Assembly (NCBI GenBank): GCA_963665115.1 | Contig: OY762007.1 | Coordinates: forward strand, 3,808,001 to 3,872,000 | Reading direction: 5' to 3' | From: an uncultured Rivularia sp. | Lineage (GTDB): Bacteria > Cyanobacteriota > Cyanobacteriia > Cyanobacteriales > Nostocaceae | DNA length: 64,000 bases | Shown here: positions 22,806-33,034 of the stretch, piece after piece | How positions within the stretch are numbered: the first letter of the stretch is position 1 | How the letters are laid out: every line of letters begins with the position of its first letter | Position numbers and translations under genes: made by a program | Notes under the pieces: generated by a model | What the model saw: only the letters and a program-made list of their open reading frames with translations | Database searches by the model: none | What the model was told of the DNA's origin: nothing

Positions 22806-23002
22806 ATGAAACCCTGACTGCAACAGCCAGGGTTTTATCTAGGTTTTTCCAAGGATTAATATCTATAAAAACGTTTCTCTACGTCTTTAAAAAAATCCCT
22901 TTGGAATCATATCTTCACCATTTCGGTCAGAAATGAAAACAATTGAGGAGTAAACCTAAGCAGGAAATTAAGCTTTTGTGAAAGCACCTACTGTCTCTGG
23001 CT
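22806..23002 (-). promoter_or_regulatory. ribosomal protein L10 leader (autoregulatory RNA) with downstream hairpin
   Basis: Minus strand CCAGAGACAGTAGGTG...TTAATTTCCTGCTTAGG matches the L10-leader pattern; hairpin AACCCTGGCTG/CAGTCAGGGTT before rplJ. Confidence 0.75.
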
Positions 23003-23127
23003 GTTAGTTATTTAGTTTTTAATTAAGTTAATAATTAAGAGTTAAAAGTTGATAACTCATAACTCACAAATCATAACTCAAAATTGGTCAAAGTCAACTA
23101 TTATTTTTTTAGTTCGAGCTTAATAGC

Positions 23128-23838
23128 CTAAACCATCTTCATGTCGCGTAAAGCGTTTGTATCAACTCGGATGGATGGCCCCATCGTGGCAGATACATAA
23201 ACAGTACGCCAGTAGCGACCTTTTGCTCCGGAAGGACGGTTACGGTCAATGCTTTCCTGTAACGCCTTCAAATTGATCAATAAGTCTTCCGGGGAGAAAG
23301 AAGCCTTACCAAACATTATATGAACTATTCCTGTACGGTCGGCTCGGTATTCTAATTTACCAGCTTTGAATTGCTCAATTGCTCCTGCGAGGTCGGTTGT
23401 CACGGTTCCACCTTTAGGCGATGGCATCAAACCACGAGGACCTAATAATTTACCGAGCTTTGCTACCTGCGGCATCACATCGGGTGTAGCGATCAATTTG
23501 TCGAAATCCATTCTTCCTTGCTGAATTTCGGTAATTAATTCTTCCGAACCTACTACATCAGCACCGGCGTTAGTTGCTTCTGCTACTTTTTCGCCTCGTG
23601 CAATTACTGCCACTCTAATGGTTTGTCCGGTTCCCTTTGGCAGTACTACTGTTGTCCGCAATTGCTGGTCTGTATACTTGGGGTCAATTCCCAAACGAAT
23701 ATGCGCTTCTGCTGCTTCGGGAAACTTTGCTGTTGCCGTATCTTTGAGCAAACCTAAAGCTTCTATCGGTTCGTAGTCTTTATCTTCGACTTTTTCCAGC
23801 AGCGTCTTCATGCGACGCGATAATTTATTATTTGCCAT
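23128..23838 (-). CDS. rplA: 50S ribosomal protein L1
   Basis: [23 protein letters not shown]. Confidence 0.98.
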   Translation of the reverse strand: MANNKLSRRMKTLLEKVEDKDYEPIEALGLLKDTATAKFPEAAEAHIRLGIDPKYTDQQLRTTVVLPKGTGQTIRVAVIARGEKVAEATNAGADVVGSEELITEIQQGRMDFDKLIATPDVMPQVAKLGKLLGPRGLMPSPKGGTVTTDLAGAIEQFKAGKLEYRADRTGIVHIMFGKASFSPEDLLINLKALQESIDRNRPSGAKGRYWRTVYVSATMGPSIRVDTNALRDMKMV

Positions 23839-23890
23839 GTTTTCTCCTGGGGTAATTGACGAGATTGATTCTCTCCCCCAATTAATTTTT

Positions 23891-23972
23891 GTTGGTTGTT
23901 GGTTGTTGGTTGTTAGTTATTAGTTGTTAGTTGTTAGTTGTTAATTCTTAACTCATAACTCATAACTCATAA
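23891..23972. repeat. heptamer tandem repeats (GTTGGTT/GTTAGTT, ACTCATA)
   Basis: 7-mer arrays in the rplK-rplA spacer. Confidence 0.8.
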
Positions 23973-23977
23973 CTGAA

Positions 23978-24403
23978 TTAGTCACTTACCGTTACGCCCA
24001 TATTACGAGCGGTACCCGCAATGATTTTCATCGCCGCTTCGATGTCGTTGGCGTTCAAATCGGGCATTTTTGTTTCAGCGATTTCTCGCAATTGGTCTTT
24101 TGTGATCGAACCAACTTTAACTTTTCTCGGTTCGGCCGAACCTTTTTCAATTTTGGCTGCTTTGGTAATTAAGACCGATGCAGGAGGAGTTTTTAAGATA
24201 AATGTAAAACTCCGGTCTTCAAAAACCGAAATTTCTACAGGAATCACCGTTCCAGCTTTATCTGCTGTCTTGGCGTTGTACTCCTTACAGAACATCATGA
24301 TATTAACGCCGTGCTGACCTAGAGCAGGTCCCACTGGCGGTGCTGGGTTGGCTTTTCCAGCTTGCAGAGCCAGTTTAATAATCGCTGTTACTTTCTTCGC
24401 CAT
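23978..24403 (-). CDS. rplK: 50S ribosomal protein L11
   Basis: [25 protein letters not shown]. Confidence 0.98.
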   Translation of the reverse strand: MAKKVTAIIKLALQAGKANPAPPVGPALGQHGVNIMMFCKEYNAKTADKAGTVIPVEISVFEDRSFTFILKTPPASVLITKAAKIEKGSAEPRKVKVGSITKDQLREIAETKMPDLNANDIEAAMKIIAGTARNMGVTVSD

Positions 24404-24409
24404 TTCTTA

Positions 24410-25057
24410 CTAGCTTTGTTTCTGTACTTGATCAAATTCCAATTCTACTGGCGTGTCTCTTCCGAAAATCGAAAGCGATGCTTTGAGTTTACTTCTTTCT
24501 GGACTGACTTCGATAACTTCACCTTCAAAATCTTTAAACGGACCTGAAAGCACGACTATCTTATCACCAGTCGCCATATCAATTTTCACTACTGGCTCTT
24601 GTTCGGCAGCCTGTTGTTTGAAGATTCTTTCTACTTCACTATGAGAAAGCGGCAACGGTTTTACGTGTCCGCGCCCTCTACCAGTACCGCGCTTTTGTTC
24701 TGCTCCTACGAAGTTGATTACATGGGGAGTGTTTCTCACTACCTGCCAGATATCATCTTCCATTTGCATTTTTACGAGTACATAGCCAGGAAATACCTTC
24801 TCGTCTGTACTATAGCGACTGCCGTCTTTACGAATCTTAACTGTTGGCGTGTGTGGAATTTCGACTTGGATAATTTTATCAGCGACATCAAAAGTTTGAA
24901 TACGCTGCTCCAAGTTGGTTTTTACACGCTTCTCGCAGCCAGAGGCTACTTGCACTGCAAACCAGCGGGCTGAGCGCACGCCGCCATCGTTTGATGGTGC
25001 ATCTACTTCCTCTGACTGCAACGGCGAATTACGATCTTCGTCTGTTGCAGAATTCAT
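24410..25057 (-). CDS. nusG: transcription termination/antitermination factor NusG
   Basis: FPGYVLV, KOW motif SGPFKDFEG, IFGRDTPVEL. ATG at 25057 overlaps the secE stop (ATGA). Confidence 0.96.
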   Translation of the reverse strand: MNSATDEDRNSPLQSEEVDAPSNDGGVRSARWFAVQVASGCEKRVKTNLEQRIQTFDVADKIIQVEIPHTPTVKIRKDGSRYSTDEKVFPGYVLVKMQMEDDIWQVVRNTPHVINFVGAEQKRGTGRGRGHVKPLPLSHSEVERIFKQQAAEQEPVVKIDMATGDKIVVLSGPFKDFEGEVIEVSPERSKLKASLSIFGRDTPVELEFDQVQKQS

Positions 25058-25278
25058 TTGAATATTACTGTTGCTGCCCAAGCAAAGAATTTATCTACGA
25101 AAAATATTAATGTAGCGGAAAGAGTTACCATCAACAGCACCGCTGCGGATTCACTGACGAGCTGTTTGCGACTTGGCCAAACGACTTTTTCAAACTCTTC
25201 TCTAGTCCCTTTAAAGAAGTTGCTGAGACTAAACCCGCTATTTAATTCTTGTATTTGTGCTTCGTTCTTTTTGGCCAC
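25054..25278 (-). CDS. secE: preprotein translocase subunit SecE
   Basis: EEFEKVVWPSRKQL plus one TM helix; between tRNA-Trp and nusG. Confidence 0.95.
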   Translation of the reverse strand: MAKKNEAQIQELNSGFSLSNFFKGTREEFEKVVWPSRKQLVSESAAVLLMVTLSATLIFFVDKFFAWAATVIFK

Positions 25279-25477
25279 GGTATGAAACTCTCCCCCTATC
25301 CTTACTTGTATTGGCGTTGTTCTCCATTAATAGTAACAGCTTTAAATAGAACCAATATTTATAAGTAAAATATATAAAGTTAAAGCTGCTATAAAAACAA
25401 AATCAACCCGAAACTATCAGTAAAACTGATTTTACAGTTATAACTGCAAAGCTTTCGGGCTGAATTTTATTTTAGAG

Positions 25478-25550
25478 CGCGCCCTGGAGGACTCGAACCC
25501 CCGACATTAGGTTTTGGAGACCTACGTTCTACCAACTGAACTAAGAGCGC
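25478..25550 (-). tRNA. trnW: tRNA-Trp (CCA)
   Basis: GCGCTCTTAGTTCAGTTGGTAGAACGTAGGTCTCCAAAACCTAATGTCGGGGGTTCGAGTCCTCCAGGGCGCG folds as a cloverleaf with anticodon CCA. Confidence 0.97.
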
Positions 25551-25703
25551 ACAAGCTTTTTTAATGACTGTTTTATCTCAGTCTTATATAGTCTAACGTA
25601 TGGAGTGACATTTGAGATCCATTTTTTATATAAATTAATGAACAGCGGCGATAGATGCCGCTATTACAATGATTTTCACGTTTAGGGTGAATAGTCATTT
25701 AAA

Positions 25704-26066
25704 TCATAATGAGCGGTCAAAACGCTGTTGAATACGAGTAGCTTTACCGATGCGCTTGCGTAGATAATAAAGTTTAGCGCGTCGTACTTTACCGCGACGC
25801 ATTACTTTAATGGTATCAATTCGGGGAGAATGGACGAGAAAAACCCGTTCAACGCCAACGCCTTGAAAGACTTTGCGAACCGTAATAGTTTCATTAATGC
25901 CACCATTACGCATGGCGATTACAACTCCTTCGTAGGGTTGAACGCGAAATTTTTCACCTTCTTTGATTTTTACTCCAACTCTAACGGTATCACCTACGTA
26001 AATTAATGGTAGGTCTGTTTTGAGTTGTTCCGTTTCTATATCACGGATTATCTGCTGTACGTTCAT
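25704..26066 (-). CDS. rplS: 50S ribosomal protein L19
   Basis: [30 protein letters not shown] at 26066 preferred over the upstream TTG. Confidence 0.97.
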   Translation of the reverse strand: MNVQQIIRDIETEQLKTDLPLIYVGDTVRVGVKIKEGEKFRVQPYEGVVIAMRNGGINETITVRKVFQGVGVERVFLVHSPRIDTIKVMRRGKVRRAKLYYLRKRIGKATRIQQRFDRSL

Positions 26067-26314
26067 GTCAAATTCTCTAAAAGTTTGCAAGCCCCATACT
26101 TTAAAGTCAGGGATTAAGAAACGAGTCGCCGATTTTAGTGCTAGTCGTTATGGGTTGTATTCAAATCTCACAATCGCTAATAATAAATCAATATAGATGT
26201 TTTAGTCCACTTATTTAAGACAATTATTTTAGATATTGCCAGAATTTTCTGTATGAAGCAGAATTTATTTTTATGTTCGGTAGTTCGTAGGGCCGTATTT
26301 AGAGTATTGAGTGT

Positions 26315-27292
26315 ATGAAATTTAGCGTTGTGATTACAACCTATAACCGTTTAGATTTACTTAAACGAGCAATTAACTCTGCCCTTAACCAAACTCTTGA
26401 GTGCGAAGTGATTGTTGCTGATGATTGTTCTTCTGACGGTACTGATGAATACGTAACGAGTTTTAAGAAACAGCTACCAGTAGAACAACAGCAGCGATTA
26501 GTTTACCTTTGCAATTGTACCAATTCCGGTCATGCTGCGACGGTAAATGCTGGGGTTTCTAAAGCTAAAGGGGAGTGGATTAAATTTTTAGATGATGACG
26601 ATTATCTGGCTCCCAATTGTCTGGAGGAAATGCTTTGCGCGATCGCACTTCGTGAAAATGCCGCAATCTGTTCTTGTGTGGCGGCTCAGGTTAATGATTC
26701 AGAGGTTGAAGTCAGTCGTACATCTGTATTAGGTCCCGGTGAAGCTTTTTATATTCCTCAAGCGGATATCCATTACGGTATGCTTCTGGAAAGATTACCA
26801 TTTGGTACGCCAGTTCAAGTAGCTTGTACTCGCGAAGCTTTCTTAAAAAGCGGTGGATGGGATACAAAATTAACTGGCTGCGATGATATTGATTCTTGGA
26901 TTCGTATTGCCCAGTTTGGAGATGCTATTTTCTTAAATCAATGTTTAGCTTACCGAACAATTTGGTCTGGAGGATACGATCAAAAAATCTATCTAAAAAA
27001 GCGTTTAAATACTAATATCTCAATGAAAGAGAAGATTTACGCTTTAGTTAACGAACAGCACCGCTCCGAAATTCCAGCTTTAGACGATATCAAAGGTTAC
27101 TTGAAACTGCATTGGGCGTTAGTAGCATTAAAGCAGAAAAAGGTGAAAAACTTTCTCAAATTAGCCGACATTTCTGTTTTATCTTTAACTGCTTGGAGAC
27201 TTCTACTCGCTTCAGCCTTAGCACGTCGCGGAAACTTAAACAGTCCAAATTTACGTAAAATTGTCTTAATTGAATCATCTAAAAAAGACTGA
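26315..27292 (+). CDS. glycosyltransferase family 2
   Basis: SVVITTYNR, DDCSSDGT, FLDDDD. Confidence 0.92.
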   Translation: MKFSVVITTYNRLDLLKRAINSALNQTLECEVIVADDCSSDGTDEYVTSFKKQLPVEQQQRLVYLCNCTNSGHAATVNAGVSKAKGEWIKFLDDDDYLAPNCLEEMLCAIALRENAAICSCVAAQVNDSEVEVSRTSVLGPGEAFYIPQADIHYGMLLERLPFGTPVQVACTREAFLKSGGWDTKLTGCDDIDSWIRIAQFGDAIFLNQCLAYRTIWSGGYDQKIYLKKRLNTNISMKEKIYALVNEQHRSEIPALDDIKGYLKLHWALVALKQKKVKNFLKLADISVLSLTAWRLLLASALARRGNLNSPNLRKIVLIESSKKD

Positions 27293-27336
27293 ATTTATTT
27301 TCGGTTATTTATGTTTATTTTAAAAATCATATTTAT

Positions 27337-27459
27337 GGTAATTGGTAATTGGTAATTGGTAATTGGTAATTGGTAATTGGGGATTGGGGATTGGTAATTG
27401 GTAATTGGTAATTGGTAATTGGTAATTGGTAATTGGTAATTGGTAATTGGTAATTGGTA
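27337..27459. repeat. STRR heptamer array (GGTAATT/GGGGATT)n
   Basis: About 17 tandem 7-mers. Confidence 0.92.
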
Positions 27460-27586
27460 AGTAGGTGAGCGTAATTAAATGTAAGTGTATTTTGTCATTG
27501 CGACGAGGTATTCGGTTGCAATCCCAACCGTTTTAAGCTTTTTAAATTTCTTTACATAGTTGGTTATATTTGTACCAACTGAGTTA
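27458..27586. mobile_element. degenerate MITE, same family as 40931-41060
   Basis: Shares TAAGTAGGTG, TGTCATTGCGA, GCAATC and TTACATAGTT blocks with the 40931 element. Confidence 0.6.
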
Positions 27587-27697
27587 ATAGTTAATAGTTA
27601 TTAAAAAATATTTGTAGTGTTCGCATCTTGATCCCTTATTATTTTCTACATCTCTATATCTCATCCCCAATGCCCAATCCCCAATGCCCAATCCCAA

Positions 27698-30600
27698 TTA
27701 CCTATTACCCATTACCCGGATCAATTTTCCAGCAAACAAATCGTGTAACAAAATATAAAAACAAGGAATAACAAATAAGGTTAATAGTGTTGCTAAAGAT
27801 AACCCAGAAAACACTACTACACCCAAAGGTTGCAGAAATTCAGAACCTTCTCCGATTCCTAATGCCAAGGGAAACATACCTAAAACTGTAGTGATGGTTG
27901 TCATTAATACCGGACGCAAGCGTTGAGGTGCGGCTTGCAAAATTGCGCTTTTACGGTCAATACCTTTTTGTTCTTTAATTTGATTTGCTAACTCTACCAT
28001 AATGATGGCGTTGTTCACGACAATTCCCACCAGCAATACAGCACCAACTATAACCGTTGCACCAATGGCTGTTTGAGTAATATAAAGTCCGAGAATACCC
28101 CCAGCTAATGCCAAGGGAATTGTAAACATAATTACTAACGGATCTACGAGGGAATTGTACTGTACAGCCATAACCACAAATACTAGAAATGCGGCTAATC
28201 CTCCTAACAGTTTCAAAGAATCTTGCAGTTGCTCGTTAGCTTGTGATGCCGAACTTGGCAATACTGACACACCTGACGGTAAATCCAAAGTAGCGAGTAC
28301 CGAATTCACCTGTTTTGTCGCTTCGCTAAGGCTGACTCCTTCACTTAAATTTCCGGCAATAATATAAACTTGACGCTGGTTAATCCGCTGAATTTCTCCA
28401 GGTGCTTCACCGTCTACAATTTCGGCAACATCACTCAAACGTACTTGACGATTATTATCAACAAACAAAGGTAATCTTGCCAGTTCTGAAGAAGATTTTA
28501 TCGAGTCTTCACTCAACTGCACTCGTATATCTACCAAACGGTTATCGCGCTGTAACTGAGTGGGAATACTACCTTCAATAGCTGTTTGAATTGTGTCGCC
28601 AATTTGTTGAGCGGTTAATCCTACGGCTGCAACTCTTTCCCAATTAGGAAGAATTTGAATTTCTGGTTGACGGGGATCGGCATCGGGACGAAATCTAGCT
28701 AAAGGAACTTGCTCTTCCACTGCTGCCAATACTTGTTTTCCGGCTTCTTCTAAAGATTGAGAATCGTTACCTTGCAAAATAATATCAACATCTGCACCGC
28801 GCACGGGAGAGTTACTTAGTATCAAACCCCGCACTGCACCGGGACTGATACGCAGACGAATTCCGGCTAAGTTGAGCTTCTCAAATTCGGCATCAACTTT
28901 TTCGACATAAGCTTCTATATCGGTACCGGGTTTTAAGGTAATCGTACTCGAACCCCGTAATGGGTTTTCGCTAGTGCTAGTACCAAATAGAAAACCGCCA
29001 GATGTGGTGAAAACGTATTCGGTTTCTGGCTGTTTGAGCAGAATATCATCTACCGCAGCCATAACTTTTTGGTTTGTTTCTAATGGTGTACCGGGAGGAA
29101 ACTGAGCAAATAATCTGGCTTGTCCGGTACTGATACGCGGTAAAATTTCTTGAGGTATTTGGGGAATCATCCACAAACTACTTCCACCAAAAATCAGGAT
29201 AGCCAACCCAATTGCTAACAATCGAAAACGCAGCACTTTCCCTAAAAAATTAGCGTATCCTCTCGTAGCGGCTTCAAAACGGCGATTAAACTGGCGTAGC
29301 AGCCAAAATTCATGCAAATTACTCGACCATTTCCAAGCTAATAACCGAGATGTCATCATCGGTACAACTGTGATTGCAATTAAAATAGAAGCCGCAATCG
29401 AAAAGCTAATTGTCAGAATTAATTCGTTGAATAGCAGGGAAATAAAGCCACCAATCAATACAAATGGCAATACTGCAACTAAGTTTGTACTTGTGGAAGC
29501 AATCAATGCTGATTCGACTTCCCGACTACTTTTTTCGGCTTGAGTAATAAGTTGATGGGGACTCAAACGGGTTTTTGTATTTTTACCGGGAGTCAGAAGC
29601 GCACCCTCGGCAATATTCTCCAACATGACGATAGAGTTATCAACAACAATCCCCACACCCAAAGCCAAACCACCCAAACTAAAAACGTTGAGGGATAAGC
29701 CAAATATTCCCATCAAAATAATTGCAGCCAGAGTAGCCAAAGGAATTGCCAGCACGATAATAATCGTTTGACGGATCGAACCAAGGAATAATAAGACAGC
29801 GATCGCCGCGAGCAAGGTGCCAATTAAACCGGAAGTTGTCACGTTAGATATAGAGTTACGGATAAATTTTGATTCATCCGAAGTCGTGGTAATTACTGTT
29901 CCTTCTGGAACTACACCGGATTGTTTTAGCTGTTCTAAACGCTTTTTGACATCATCTACAACGTTGATTGTATTGGCATCCGGTTGTTTCTGGACGCTGA
30001 GTTTTACTGCTTCTTTACCATTGAGCAAAACGAACACTCGCTGTTCTTCAGCACCATCTATAACTTGAGCAAAATCTCGCAGATAAACTCGTTGAGTTGG
30101 TGATGTGGTATCGGTAGAAGAAACTTCAAAGGAAAGATTTTTCAGTTCTTCAGCATCTTTAAAACGTCCGACAGTACGAATTAACGGTTCGGAATTTTCA
30201 CCAATAATTCTTCCCCCAGAAACGTCTTGGTTACGGTTTCTTAACTCATCAAGTACGTCATTTAAACCTACACCCAAAGCTTGCAGTCTATTTAAGTCAA
30301 TATTTACCCTAACTTCTTCTTGAACACCTCCCGATACATCTACAGACGCGACTCCAGGCACGACACCGAGTTCGCGAGCAAGTTCTTCTTCGGCAAATAC
30401 ACGCAAATCAACACCTTTTAAGGAAGGCGAAGTTAAAGCAAATTCGTAAACTGGTAATTGGGAAGGGTCAAACTTGAAAATACGCGGTGCTTCCAGAGTA
30501 TCTGGTAGACGGCTTCTGGCTCTGTTATATGCAGCTGTCGCATCATTAAGGGCTTGGTCAATATTCCCCCCCGGCTTAAAGTATAAATCTACACTTATTC

Positions 30601-30886
30601 TTCCTTCACGAGTTTGAGAAAATACCTGAATCACACCTTCTGTAGCTGCAAAAGCTGATTCCAATGGTCTGGTAATTTCATCAACTCCTACCTGTGGAGA
30701 AATTCCCGGTGCTTCCAAACGTGCGCCAATTCGGGGATAGGTAATTGATGGGAGTAAATCAACTGGTAATCTCAGGATGAAAAAGACACCTAAAATTACT
30801 ACCGTCAGCGTCAGCATCAGCGTACCAATATGCTGGCGGATCGAAACACCACTTATACTAAATCCGTTTTGCTTAACCTGCTGCAT
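27698..30886 (-). CDS. RND efflux transporter permease (AcrB/AcrD/AcrF family)
   Basis: 1062 aa; GIVVDNSIVMLENI, GIVVNNAII, RLRPVLMTT. Confidence 0.95.
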   Translation of the reverse strand: MQQVKQNGFSISGVSIRQHIGTLMLTLTVVILGVFFILRLPVDLLPSITYPRIGARLEAPGISPQVGVDEITRPLESAFAATEGVIQVFSQTREGRISVDLYFKPGGNIDQALNDATAAYNRARSRLPDTLEAPRIFKFDPSQLPVYEFALTSPSLKGVDLRVFAEEELARELGVVPGVASVDVSGGVQEEVRVNIDLNRLQALGVGLNDVLDELRNRNQDVSGGRIIGENSEPLIRTVGRFKDAEELKNLSFEVSSTDTTSPTQRVYLRDFAQVIDGAEEQRVFVLLNGKEAVKLSVQKQPDANTINVVDDVKKRLEQLKQSGVVPEGTVITTTSDESKFIRNSISNVTTSGLIGTLLAAIAVLLFLGSIRQTIIIVLAIPLATLAAIILMGIFGLSLNVFSLGGLALGVGIVVDNSIVMLENIAEGALLTPGKNTKTRLSPHQLITQAEKSSREVESALIASTSTNLVAVLPFVLIGGFISLLFNELILTISFSIAASILIAITVVPMMTSRLLAWKWSSNLHEFWLLRQFNRRFEAATRGYANFLGKVLRFRLLAIGLAILIFGGSSLWMIPQIPQEILPRISTGQARLFAQFPPGTPLETNQKVMAAVDDILLKQPETEYVFTTSGGFLFGTSTSENPLRGSSTITLKPGTDIEAYVEKVDAEFEKLNLAGIRLRISPGAVRGLILSNSPVRGADVDIILQGNDSQSLEEAGKQVLAAVEEQVPLARFRPDADPRQPEIQILPNWERVAAVGLTAQQIGDTIQTAIEGSIPTQLQRDNRLVDIRVQLSEDSIKSSSELARLPLFVDNNRQVRLSDVAEIVDGEAPGEIQRINQRQVYIIAGNLSEGVSLSEATKQVNSVLATLDLPSGVSVLPSSASQANEQLQDSLKLLGGLAAFLVFVVMAVQYNSLVDPLVIMFTIPLALAGGILGLYITQTAIGATVIVGAVLLVGIVVNNAIIMVELANQIKEQKGIDRKSAILQAAPQRLRPVLMTTITTVLGMFPLALGIGEGSEFLQPLGVVVFSGLSLATLLTLFVIPCFYILLHDLFAGKLIRVMGNR

Positions 30887-30940
30887 ATTTTCAAAAGGGA
30901 ATTGATAATTGATAATTGGTAATTGATAATTGATAACTGC

Positions 30941-32296
30941 TTATTCGGTTTTTTCTGAAAGTATCGAAAGACGTACAGTTGCACCATCTTTTAACGGCTC
31001 TCCGCTACGAGCCACAAATCTTTCCCCAGCTTGCAATCCAGATAAAATTTCTACTTTGCCATCAACATTTTTGCCAATTTTTACTTCTCTAGCTGACACT
31101 GTAGGTTTTTCTGAGGAATTTAAAACAAATATTTTACCTCGATCGTTTGGCTGGGAATTTTCTTCGCTACTACTTTTTCTGTCTTTTTGTAAGGCTGATT
31201 CAGGTATTACTATATTTGCTTGTTCTTGGGATGTGAAATTAACTCTTGCTAATAAACCGCTACCAATCCCATCTTGATTGGGAATAATTACTTCTACTGG
31301 TACAAGTCGAGCTGTTGGATCGGCGGCTGGAGAAATACGAGAAACTGTTCCGGAGTATGTTTGGTTGGGGAAAGCATCTAAACGCACTTGTACGGATTGC
31401 CCAACTCGGATTTTTGCTAATTCTAATTCCGAAACTTGAACTTCGACTTTGACGCGATTGAAGTCACCTATTTTTAATAGTTCATTCCCAGGTTGGAGAA
31501 GATTCCCCGGTTCCGTTACTCTCGCCAGAATTACCCCAGAAATTGGCGATATTAATCTTGCATAAGAGCGTTTTTCTACAGCTTCTGCAACTACCGCTTG
31601 TTGAGCTACAATTCTACCTTGAGCCGCAGCTAGGGATTGCTGTTCGACTTGAACGCTTTCTTGAGCAGCACGAAGTACTTGAGCCGCAGTTTGCGCTTCT
31701 GTAAGTGCTTGTTCGGCTGCTTGTTTGGCGATCGCCCCTTGCTGTGCGAGTTTCTGCTGTCTTTGGGAATCTGCTTGTTTTTGTTGGAGTTGCAACCGCG
31801 TTCTTTCTACTTCTACACGAGCATTGCTTATCTGAGCGTTGATGCGTGCAACTTCCGATTTCAGAGATGCTAATTCTGCTTCTGCTTGATTTATTGCCGT
31901 TTTCAATAGAGCATCATCAATTTGTCCAATGATTTGCCCTTTGTTAACCGTATCTCCTATATCAACATTTAATGCTAAAAGTCTTCCTTCAACTTGCGAA
32001 CGTAATGAGACTGTACGAAATGGTGTAGTAGTACCCGTTAGTGATTGTTCTTGTTGTAATGAACCCGTGCGAGCGATCGCTACATCTACAGCCGTTGCAC
32101 CACCTTTTTTTCCTCCCCTACCCTGACGCTGAGATTGAGCCTCGGCTGAATCCTTGGGAAGTGAAGCGCAACTTGTACTTAAAATTCCTACGCCTAAAAT
32201 GATTACAATCAATCCGTTAGATGAAGCAAAAAAGCGATACGTATTGAATAAAAAATTATTATTCTTTTGTCTATTTGTCTCCTTTTTGTACCGCAT
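30941..32296 (-). CDS. RND efflux membrane fusion (periplasmic adaptor) protein
   Basis: RSQVEGRL..VDIGDTV lipoyl half-motifs, coiled coil, SPISGVI; directly upstream of the permease. Confidence 0.93.
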   Translation of the reverse strand: MRYKKETNRQKNNNFLFNTYRFFASSNGLIVIILGVGILSTSCASLPKDSAEAQSQRQGRGGKKGGATAVDVAIARTGSLQQEQSLTGTTTPFRTVSLRSQVEGRLLALNVDIGDTVNKGQIIGQIDDALLKTAINQAEAELASLKSEVARINAQISNARVEVERTRLQLQQKQADSQRQQKLAQQGAIAKQAAEQALTEAQTAAQVLRAAQESVQVEQQSLAAAQGRIVAQQAVVAEAVEKRSYARLISPISGVILARVTEPGNLLQPGNELLKIGDFNRVKVEVQVSELELAKIRVGQSVQVRLDAFPNQTYSGTVSRISPAADPTARLVPVEVIIPNQDGIGSGLLARVNFTSQEQANIVIPESALQKDRKSSSEENSQPNDRGKIFVLNSSEKPTVSAREVKIGKNVDGKVEILSGLQAGERFVARSGEPLKDGATVRLSILSEKTE

Positions 32297-32534
32297 ATTT
32301 TTGTTTATATTTTGTCTGTAAATTATTTATTTTTGAACTAATACAATTTTTTTAATAATAATTATTAACAGATATAACCAACGAAAAAACGAGGTTATAA
32401 ATAGAAATTATGTCTGATTTTGAGAATTATTAATTCTGTTAATTCGAGTCAGCATGAAATAAGATTTCGATAATATTGAAAGCACTTTACATCTTGCAAA
32501 CCGTAAGTTAATAGCGCAAGTTGTCTAAAGACAA

Positions 32535-32645
32535 CTAGTACAGTACGGCGTAAATAAAGCACCCATTTAAAAAGTTTGAAAGCCTTATCATATAATACTT
32601 TTTACTTCTTACTTTTGACTTTTTACTTCCGCGCAGCGGTACTAG
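32535..32645. mobile_element. MITE with CTAGTAC...GTACTAG termini
   Basis: 111 bp; imperfect TIRs CTAGTACAGTACGGCGTAA / TTCCGCGCAGCGGTACTAG; internal TTTTACT-type heptamers. Confidence 0.7.
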
Positions 32646-33034
32646 TTAAGATTTTCAGTCTGCTTAAGTAGACTTTCGCTATTAGTCTGGGAATTGATTC
32701 CGAGGTGGTTTTGAGGGCTAAATGAGAATGGTACAAGAGATCGGAAGCACTGTTCTTTACAACAAGGTTGTTTAAGACGCTAAATTAGTATTTACGTTCA
32801 AAATGTTTGTATTTATAGTACAAACGCTTATCTAACAATTTACGCTTATGTATGAAATTTATTTATGCAGTTATTAAATATTATAAGTATTTTTAAACAA
32901 TTATCACTATATCGCAAGTTATAAAATTTACACTACTAATCCGTGACTTTTTTCACTTTTGTTTTTGGCTTTTCCGTACATTAGGGTGGGAGACAACAGG
33001 GAATAGTTACCACTAACAATTAACAACTAACCTC

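Noticed and set aside
27337..27459. Tandem arrays as a possible CRISPR
   Set aside because: Contiguous 7-mers with no unique spacers and no cas genes; the same holds for all other arrays in the window.
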